Source: Paraspadella gotoi (taxonomy: Eukaryota > Animalia > Chaetognatha). Taken from it: a stretch of DNA of 64,000 nt. This document shows, one piece after another, positions 1 through 9,528 of the stretch. Every line of letters starts with the position of its first letter. Positions within the stretch are counted from its first letter, which is position 1. The translations under genes were made by a program, and so were the position numbers. Where the stretch lies: assembly GCA_051294375.1 (NCBI GenBank), contig CM119266.1:25185868-25249867 (forward strand), given 5' to 3'. The notes beneath the pieces were generated by a model. It worked only from the letters and a program-made list of their open reading frames with translations. It did not search any database and was not told the origin of the DNA.

Positions 1-3000
1 CCCTTGAATACCCTGAGGTCCCGTATCTCCATCTCGTCCAGGATTTCCCTAAAGTCGATAAGTCAGTGTGGTAAAAGTTATAAAACCAGACATTGAAGAC
101 ACGGCAGACTACAAAATTAAACTCACGTCTTTTCCGGGAGGTCCATTTGGGCCGGAGGGTCCCGGTGAACCGCGGTCACCAGGTGGACCCATTTCACCAC
201 GAACACCTTGCGGTCCTTGAAATCCTTGAGGGCCCTGAAACAATGGAACAAATTTCAATCATTGAAAAGAAATGACCCATCATAATAAAAAGCGAAAAGC
301 ATTTAACTATTTTTTAAAACAGCGTAAGCAACTACAATAAGAAATAATGCTTCGTAAAATTTGATTACGAGATATTTGAGATCTAGTCATCGACACAAGA
401 AAAAACAAACTGTTCGGCGAATATTATTTTAATCATAAATAGCGAATATTTTTTTTTTAAATCTTTTTCTGATCATTTTGAGCGAGATTCGAGCCAAAAT
501 TTAGTAACCTTTTTTATTCAGTCGTAATTAAAAATAAAACTTTCTATTTTATCGGTCAAATTATTTATTTTCATTTTTTAACTTATATTATTTGTAAATT
601 TAAAATTATTTGTGAATATGAAATTACAATTTAGAAAGCGAAAGAAAGCTGTAAGAACGACTTCTTCATTCTGACAAAACTCCAGCAATCATCCTCTTTA
701 CGGCAAAAATAAATAATTTGCGTAGCTTCGAACGAAGCTGGAGTTTACTATACCTAATACAGTGTGTCCCAATGGTACTGTCGGTTTACTTTTACATATT
801 GTGCGGAACTGTGTTATTTCTAAGATAACAATGTCAAAGATAAGTTATGATAAGTTATGATACTATATTTTGAATTCAATTTATATCAAGAGAGTCCTCA
901 TTTCTCACTTTTTGAATTTTTAGATTTTTTTTACTTTAAAATAAATTTTATTGTAAAAATTATGTAAAAAAATATTTTAAATAGATATAAATTATTAAAA
1001 TTTTAATTTGTATAAAAAAGTGCGTAAATAAAAAGAAAAAAACAAATATAAAAAAAATAACAAAATTTCTAAAAATATGCTTATTAAATTGATATTTAAA
1101 TTTTATTATTTTGAAGTTGTTTAACGATTGAAACATTAAGCCAGAACAAAATGGTTGCTATTTATTCAATAAATTATTATTAAATTAAATAAAAAAGTAA
1201 TATGAACAAGGTATGTTTATAATTTTAAAAATAAGGATTACCGCATTATAAAAGCTCGAGCTAAAAATATGAGGTAGTTTCTTACTGTCCTGTCTAAAGA
1301 AAATATTTAAAACATTATTTAACCCCTATTATAAAAAATATTTGATAAATAATAAAAATATATTATTTAAAATTTTTTTTTTAAAAATCACTGAAATTTT
1401 TTTTTTTTACCAATCGCTTTATGAAATTGGTACAACCAATATAAAAATTATCCATTCATTAAATAAATAAGCTATCTTGTCCCTGACTTTGGTGGTTTAA
1501 GGCCTCCATCACTCTTACAAGATAATGACATAGCAGGTCCCTGCAAGCTTTCAATCAAGACTCTCTCACAGTCTCGTTTATTCACTCCCAGAGTACCTGG
1601 CTTCCCTATCAATGAAGTGGTATAATGTTTCAAAGAATGTTTCAATTGTATGAAAAGACCACTCGATTAAGTATTATATAATAACTACAGGAGTTTATTT
1701 TGTTCAATTTTTAAACTTTAGATATAATATAAAATGGTCCATACTTGTGCGCATATTCATTATAATGAATTAAAGTTTTTTGATCTGGTATAGGAGCAGT
1801 AAGCTATTCTTAACTGACAGTACCATTGGGACACACTGTATCTAATAGTATCTACTACAAAAGCTGCAAGAACATTCAGCCTCTAGCTTAACGCTTCAGT
1901 ACAAGTACAACTTCAACAAAACTACAATATTCACGGTGACAACAAATTGGCGACGAAACTGACAGGAGGTCCAGCTGGGCCTGCTGGTCCGCGAGAGCCG
2001 GGCGCCCCGACTTCGGTATGGACGGGTGCAGCAGCGCCCGATTTTTTGCCCGACGAAGACTTTTTCGGCGTCCGTCGAACACGAGTTCCATCGAAATCGC
2101 CAGAGTCGGAATTTTCCGCCGACTTTCCGTCATTATTTACAAGACGCCAAAACGCAAGGGTTATTCAATGGTTAGTAAACGCAAAGATCATACAAGATAA
2201 ATGAAGAAGTAAGAACGGTACTGTGAGAATAAAAATTATACGAAATTAATCCTTTTTCCCCCACGATTGTTATATAAATCATGTTTGTTAAACGGCGATA
2301 TGTCATATAATCATTCAGGATAAATCAAGCAATTCCTCGCAATATGGCAAGTTTTTGGTAAGAACATGTGATTAATGAAATACTCGATAAGTCGACATTT
2401 CATAAAATGTATTTTTATATATAAAATTAAAAACCACAATAAATTTATATAATTTTTAAATTGGATAATTAAATAATTATAAAACTAATTTCACATTATG
2501 AAAAATTGTAATAAATAGTTTCAACATTCCTAAAAAAAATTATACGTTCAATTATGATGTTTATGTTCTTATCAAAAAGTTACTGACATATTTTAACCAA
2601 AACTAAACAACTACCAAAATGTTTTGCGAGGGAGTGCAAAGTAAAATGATTTTACCAGTTTCGTTGATAACTATTTCCAGGTAACAAACGACTTACCGGA
2701 GGTCCGGCTGGTCCCGACTGTCCTCGGGCGCCGGGCGCGCCGATTTCCGGTTGGACATGGGGTTGGGATGACTTTTTGGGAGTTCTCCGTTCTCGCCGTC
2801 CAGAAAAGTCCTCGTCCCAACGAGCCTCACGCGGCATTAACCGCGGTAAGGTGTGGACGTCGTTGACGCTGGATTCTATCACGGAGTCTGTATGGACAAG
2901 TGAAAAAATAGGATTTAATTATGTTCAATTATCTAAATAATTTCAGTCAGTTCAAGTACCTAATTATTTTCCAATACATAAAAATTCCGAATCATGTATA

Positions 3001-3531
3001 AAATATACGAAGTCTCACTATAAATAGAAAAAACGGCCAAGTATACTTGAGCGTATTGCTTTCGCGTTCGCTTACCGGCTTTTTCACCGGTAAAAAATAT
3101 AAGATGTGAAAGATTTTCCAACCTTAGCTCGAAAAAAAAAAGAAGGTAAAACGATAGAAGGCGTTGTTCGGAAAGAAAATGCTAAGTGAAATCATGCAAT
3201 CTCTCTTTAATGTTTTAAAAATGGGGAAAAAAGTCTGTATCAACAAAACGTAAGCGATCGGCAGATTCTTAGTCAGCCTTGTGAGAGAAAAACATCCTAC
3301 ATATTTTTGAAAAAATCGCTTACAGTTTGGAGAAACAAGAAAAAAGAATCACAAAGGTGGGAAATATATGGTTAGCAATCGATATATGTTAGTAAGCTAG
3401 TTTACATGGTAATATTATTTAAAAATACAGAAAAAAATTTTTTCTCCATTTTTTCACTTACCCTGCGCCAAAATTCCGACAACAAAGACGAGCAGGGTGA
3501 CGAGCCCCGCGGTCACGAGTCGGGAGTTCAT
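1..3531 (-). CDS. Fibrillar collagen alpha chain, 5' part (continues off the left edge). Exons: 3531-3462, 2887-2697, 2122-1964, 234-127, 48-<1
   Basis: Exon 1 encodes signal peptide [23 protein letters not shown] followed by a GTAAGT donor. Downstream exons carry Gly-X-Y. The 108-nt (2x54) exon [36 protein letters not shown] resembles the start of the clade A fibrillar major helix (GPQGFQG...GPPGK). The next exon reads [20 protein letters not shown] boundaries and phases are consistent; the acceptor of exon 2122-1964 is less certain. Confidence 0.9.
760..1838. mobile_element. Non-autonomous Tc1/mariner-type MITE in a collagen intron
   Basis: Perfect 23-bp terminal inverted repeats CAGTGTGTCCCAATGGTACTGTC (760-782 / 1816-1838), flanked by TA on both sides (758-759, 1839-1840). 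AT-rich interior with no ORF. Confidence 0.88.
1420..1562. repeat. ~140-bp dispersed repeat, copy 1 (nested within the MITE)
   Basis: Near-identical direct copy at 6693-6836 (ATGAAATTGGTACAACC...TTTCAATCAAGACT). Confidence 0.85.
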
Positions 3532-5525
3532 CCCGACTTTCAAGTTCGTTCGATGAAAAAAGGAGCGAATCTTTGAGAATCACGACATTCACGGTCGGGA
3601 ATTATTTACTAAGCGTCAAACAAAAAGTAGATTCCGTGCGTCGCTAGAGCGTCGCCGCCGACTTCTGTTTTCTTGTGGCGTTGGAATCGAAGCACGAACG
3701 AAAAAAAAGACGGGTTTTGGTGAGGTTCTTCCTTTCCTTCTCTTCGCCGTCTCTTCGAACCCTTTAGACAATATTCTTCTATATCACGCGCGCACACGCA
3801 GGTCCGTGACAGAACCGCACGTGATCGCACGCAGGAGCAGGTTTTCGAAAAAAGCCGGCTTCACACTTTCTACGCGCCGAGAAAAAAAGCTTAAAAAAGC
3901 TTTTTTAATTTTCGCGCCGCTAAGAAAATGTCTCCAAAAAATCGACTTTGAATTCATTCGTCGTCGTCGTCGTCGTCGACAGGATCGTTCCGATCGTCGT
4001 CGTCGATAGCGGGGAACCTCGTCGATTTCGTCGTCGATCCGAAGAGGAAAAAGCGCGACGCGACGAGATGCTCCGGGGAAGAGAGAGAGAGATGCGGGAT
4101 ACTTTTTTCGCGCGCCAGCCAGCGCGCCCCCCCTCACTCTTCCCTGATCCGCGTCGGCGCGCGGAGGGCATCCCAATCGACGAGCGGCTGCAGCGTCTGA
4201 CGCGGCCGTCGAGATCTGGGTAAAGTAGGAGGAAGATATGTCGGGGAGTGGGCATCGTCTAAGATTTAGGGTGAAATCGATCATCACGAAAAACGTAAAA
4301 TCTTCAACGATATGAAGGGTGGGGAATTGATAACGGAGGTATGAAACCAGGTGAACGACGCGGCGGCCGCGACGGCAGCCGCTGCTGAAGAATCCTCTCC
4401 ACGCCGCTGCAGGGGAATCTGGGAAGGTTTACGAAAGAGCAGCGTCAGTCGCTGCAGCAGGAGCGGCAGCCGTCATTAGAGAAGGTTAATGCGGCGATCG
4501 GCGTCCGCGAAATCGTCATGTTCGAAATTAAGGATGAAGGCGAAGATAAAATGGAAGGAGGGTGGTTGAAATAGAGGGAGAAATAGTCCGTCCGTGAGGT
4601 GGGTGTTTCGAGTAGACGAGATTGAGGATCGCCAGTGAAGTAGGACTTTTGAACATAGAAGATTGTTAATGGGGAAAACTTTTAAAAAACCTGTCAGATA
4701 ATTTTGAAAGCAGAAAAATGAGTGATCGTGGGCCGATGACGGCTAAAAACACTAGATTTTGCTACTTTATCGTGCGTAGCCTTTAATAAAAATTGTTAAC
4801 CGCGTGGGGGGAAACTCGAGAATAACGAGAAATACGAAAGGATAGATTGTAACTTTTAAAAATTTTAAGGGAAACCTAAATTAATCTGAAAAAAAAAATC
4901 GACGTAATCTTTGGTTACCGGCATTAATATCGCTACCGGTAGGGGAGTAAAATTTCTGGTGTAAAATGTTTGGTACAAATATGTATCTTGGATCTCGAAT
5001 ATGACGGGGAAAATAATTAAAAAAATTAAAACATCTTGATGTGGACAATTTTAGTTCGTATTATCTATTAAAGTAGAAAAAGCAAATTCCGTTCAACTGC
5101 TATTATTTTTAGAATCTATAAAAAAACATTGGGTTAACACAAGCTGGGTTAATAGCAGAAGTATTACGCGACTTATTCACGAAGCTAGATTTTAAATCCC
5201 CCACAAAAATTATTTCGTAAATTAATCAGAAACGCGAATTTTCAATGAGTACCCGCGATAAATGTGAGTCAAATATTTAAAAACAATGCATTAGACACAG
5301 ATTAAAAAATAACATGAAACGAGATTAATTGTACTAGTAAATGACTTCAAAAAAGTCGCTATGTCTATAGTTAAAAGACTCCGAGGAGTTCACATAGTTT
5401 TCTGGCGCACAATTACTCTAATACAGCACAATCATTCGACTAGCATTGAAATCTATAAAAAATTTATTAGTAGGAATATCGAATAAATGTAAATCAACAG
5501 TAGTCAAAAATAGAAACGTGTTTTC

Positions 5526-7329
5526 TCAATTGGCCCTTCTCATCTCGTTCCTATACATGTAGCTCATATGAACCAAAATACATTCAAAAGCGTTAAAGCC
5601 AAACTTGAGACGCCATTTGGCTTCAGCGGACTCCAGCGAAACCAAGTAGTCCTCACAACTCACCTGTGCGGCAGAAAAATTTAACACATAAAAAAAAGAG
5701 AAATTACTTACGGATCGAATAGCACTTTGTAATACCTTGTTAAGAGAGAAATGGCCCCTTTGAGAGTTGAGCTGAATCTCTGCCCCGGGCCCTCCTTTAA
5801 TCAAATGCCTCTCGCCCACTTCAAAGGCACAAATTTCACGCAAGAGACACATCATTAACGTCACGAAATTCTAAAAAGCGGATTAAACATAAGGGGAAGA
5901 TGCATAATATTAAAAACTATTTTAAAAATGTTCACTCACTGGTTTAGTTCTAGTTTGTTCGGCCATCTGATCAATGGGCATACAACGGGCCCACCAATAG
6001 ATAAGTTCGACGTAAGTTATGATAGAGACGTTGAAGGGTCGGTCAAAGAAAGAGCTCTATCAAACCAAAAAAAAAATATCAAGTAAACAAATCAAGAGAT
6101 AAAAAGAGGTACATTTTAATAGCACATTAAAAACTTAAAATTTCAATATTAAACTTACATACCTGTCGCAAATAAGTGGATTTGTCACAGTTTCGACAAA
6201 CCCAAATAATCTCGTCGTAAGTTTGCCATTGTCGCGTCCTCTGGCACCGTGCCATTTCTAAACGGACCAAGGGACCACAGCGCGGACAGTTTCTGGCGCC
6301 AATAAGCAGACGACGGTCCATCAGCCATTGGATCGTGATTTCCACGTCCTTAAAAAAAGACAGCGTTGGGCCGTAGGTATTCGAAGAAAACGATGCAATG
6401 CCAAAGAGAGTTCGAGATAAAAACTAACTAATGCGAACCTTCAAAATGGTCGATACAAGCTCGCGATGCGTCCACTGCTTGGCTTCGGAACCAATTAGCC
6501 TTTCCCGTTCGCAAAAAGCCGCGGCGCCGATGAGCGAATTAACAATAGGGTTTTCCTCGGGCCTCGCCTCCAAATACCGTGCCGAGCGAGAAGACCAACG
6601 GGCCCGTTGACTAGAATGTGGTTCGAGAGCTGGAGCCAAGCCGGGAAAATGGCCTAGACGGGGAGTAGTAAACGATTTAGCAATATGTTATATATGAAAT
6701 TGGTACAACCAATATAAAAATTATCCATTCATTTAATAAATAAGCTATCTTGCCCCCCGACTTTGGTGGTTTAAGGCCTCCATCACTCTTACAAGATAAT
6801 GACATAGCAGGTCCCTGCAAGCTTTCAATCAAGACTATTATATTATATATTATTATATATTATTCATTAAGAGCGAGTAACGTGTGAAACCTAACCTGAC
6901 GATTGCCACGTGTTTGATGCTTGATCATTGGGTGAGAATTTCGGCGGAGAAGTGATGAGCGGACTGCGAAAAAGATTGCCGCTTTTGGGACTAGAGACGC
7001 TCGATGCCGACAACATCCCGGCTAAAAGTGAAAACCACAACGGAATAGTCTTCTCACAGATTTCTAAATACTGACAACATCAACAGAGCCTCACCGGAAT
7101 TTGGCGGCGGCAGATTAGTGAACGACAAATCGAAGGCGCCGCGAACCCCGGCTGCGGAAGCCAGAGAGGAGTCGGAATTTAAAGCGGCGCTCGGAGCCGC
7201 GGCTGCAGGAAAGGCGCCGCTCCATGGCACGAGGGAGGCTCGGGGCCAGTCGAGTGACGAGTCCATAAGTGATGAGTCCGACAAGAGATTTTCGAAGCCT
7301 TGAAGAAAGCTGGCATCGTGGCTTATCAT
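5526..7329 (-). CDS. Spliced gene derived from a Merlin/ISXO2 (IS1595-like) transposase, catalytic core missing, ~380-390 aa. Exons: 7329-7095, 7021-6896, 6653-6439, 6348-6163, 6056-5940, 5870-5712 (or 5736), 5663-5526
   Basis: Seven exons join in frame through GT-AG introns with matching phases. The protein contains WLMDRRLL..CPRC..WVCRNC..LRQSSFF..LIYWW..LREIC..IKGGPGAEIQLNSQ and C-terminal YL..EAKWRLKFGFNAFECILVHMSYMY, the motif order I recall for Merlin transposases. The start codon is inferred. Confidence 0.78.
6693..6836. repeat. ~140-bp dispersed repeat, copy 2 (in an intron of the transposase-derived gene)
   Basis: Matches 1420-1562; followed by a (TATTATA)n-like stretch. Confidence 0.85.
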
Positions 7330-7558
7330 CTCTCGGGCGAAAGGGTCGAGGGGATACTTATATTTCGACCTTCTCTAAAAATTGTGGGTGATTAAATCGA
7401 TAAAATTTGATAGATGGCCGCTTCTCTTGACAAATTCTCACTGATTAAAAAAATATCTAGTAAAAATTAAAAACAAAAATAGGGAGGTAAGAAATCACCC
7501 ATTTAATACGATAAAGAGGTTTGTATAAAATCTAGTAAAAGCAAAGTTTGTTTAAAAA

Positions 7559-8173
7559 TTAAATATGTTCTTCCAACCAACATCGCTCAGACGTCCAAGG
7601 CGCAGGGATAGCAGGCGGGAGTTCCAACCGGCGTTCTCCCGGAATCGGCGGCAGCGGACGGTCGATCGTCTTCTTGGTTCGTGGCGCCCAAGCTGCGATC
7701 GGTGAAGTCTTAACCACTAGCCTTTCTTCACGAGGACAAACGGTCCATCGCGGACAGACAAAAGCGGTCGGGCGATGGCGACGCCTGTCCACGATCATAA
7801 CAACGACGACGACCGCGACGGCGACAATAAGAAGCCCGAGAACTAAGGCGAGGACGGTGCCCGTCGTCTTGTCGGGCAAGGGCGGCAGATTTGGCCCGTT
7901 TGTGCTGGAAGTCTCGTGCAAAGATCGATCGATAACGTGAATGACGTTTCGTAAAAACAAGTCGGCCTTTTCGGAATCCATAACTCTCTTGGAGGATCGA
8001 ACTACGTGGGCGAAGTGTTGGGAGAGAGACACGTTGCCCAACAGGTCGTCCGCCCCGGACGAACCGACGATGGGAAAGTCGACGTTGAGTTTATCTTGCA
8101 GAGAGTGTTTGACCCGGTTGACCGCGTCCATAGAGTCGGTGCTTCGTAAGAGTCGCGTTAACAACGTCGCCAT
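7559..8173 (-). CDS. Putative single-pass membrane protein, 204 aa
   Basis: GC-rich intronless ORF in an AT-rich background. Hydrophobic segment VLALVLGLLIVAVAVVVVVMIV is followed by basic DRRRHR and a Pro-rich tail (RPLPPIP). A splice acceptor lies just upstream (~8190). Confidence 0.6.
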   Translation of the reverse strand: MATLLTRLLRSTDSMDAVNRVKHSLQDKLNVDFPIVGSSGADDLLGNVSLSQHFAHVVRSSKRVMDSEKADLFLRNVIHVIDRSLHETSSTNGPNLPPLPDKTTGTVLALVLGLLIVAVAVVVVVMIVDRRRHRPTAFVCPRWTVCPREERLVVKTSPIAAWAPRTKKTIDRPLPPIPGERRLELPPAIPAPWTSERCWLEEHI

Positions 8174-9528
8174 TTACATAACTCCCGTTCTGGATGGATC
8201 ACGAAAAATTACAAAAATTAGTCAAGAGACTCAATGTTGCGCTTTTGTTAGTTTTCTGAATATGCGCTAACGTGGGTGGCGACATCGCACGAATAATAGT
8301 TAATACAAATATTGATATTAAACTTTATAGCATATCCAAATTGAACGATTAAAAAATACAACTTTTGAAATATGGCTGAAAATGGACTTTTCGGGATCGC
8401 CGCATTGAGCGGCAGAAGTTATTCGAAGCGATGACGGAGATTAGTTTTAAATGCGGGAACGGATTCCAGTTTTTATAAAGATTTCATGCGTTTTTTAAGA
8501 GAAACTAAAGAAAACAATTTTTACTCAAAGTAACAATTAAAATTTACTTCAATAGAATTGTGAAAGTCTCTGACAATAAAAAGTTATTACTGCAATGTCA
8601 AAATGCTTAAAAATTGCTTTAAAATTGCATTTTTAAAGATTTTCAAAATAAATCACCGACAGAGATCTAAATCAATGGTTTAAGCTTGAAAAACAAAAAA
8701 TGACAAGCCTGCCAATGTAAATAATTCCATACTTCATAATTAAATCGCGTCTGTTGAGTTTTACTAAAACGAATTTGATTAAACATGATCTCGGCGCGAA
8801 CTCGCAAGGTTTATAAAGTAAACCAAAGCAAAACGTAATATTACAAAAACCATGAAGAAATCCCAGTTAAATACTAAGTCTTTTGCTCTATCTAAACGAT
8901 CAAAAAGGGTAGAAGACTGTGCTGCTTTGCACAAAGTCAAATACACGCGACACCACCAATACCTCACTTAAAAGAAAGAAGCAAGAGCGGCAAGCCGGAC
9001 AAAACACTCGGTCTACTTCTAAAAAACAGTAGAAAAAATAAGTTCTCTACGAAAAAAAATTTTAAGAAACGGCCTGTTCCATGTTTATAAGTGGAAAAAA
9101 AAACTTTGAACGAATCAACATGAAAATCAAGTAAAAAGGAATTGATTGAGTGTAAACGGGGTTACAAAAAGGGAGCAGAAAAACGTCTGCCACTAAATAT
9201 ATGAGTTCAAAAAGCACTCAAAATATGTCGCTGACTGAAAAATCTGCTACAAATAAATTTACTTATGTATAAACCGGAAATAAATGAGCGAGGGAGAACA
9301 AGAAAAAAACATTTTTGATTAAATCATAAAACCCAATTTTAAAACTCGTAAAAATTTCATTGAAACGATAGCTAAAACGGGATTGAATATTGCGTCCGCG
9401 AATAATCACTTCTCGTGATTAAAAACAACGGCGCAAAGTAAATTCTCTAAATGCTGTGGGAATATAAAACTACCATTCTCACTCGCTGAAAACAGTTGGG
9501 ACGATTATTTGCGATAAAAAAAGGAAGT

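Noticed and set aside
1947-2204. Plus-strand collagen-like ORF (GPAGPAGP)
   Set aside because: Antisense shadow of the minus-strand collagen exon 2122-1964.
3609-4600. Overlapping Arg-rich ORFs upstream of the collagen
   Set aside because: Produced by (GTC)n and CpG-rich sequence, with no recognisable domain or consistent splice pattern; more likely promoter or UTR.
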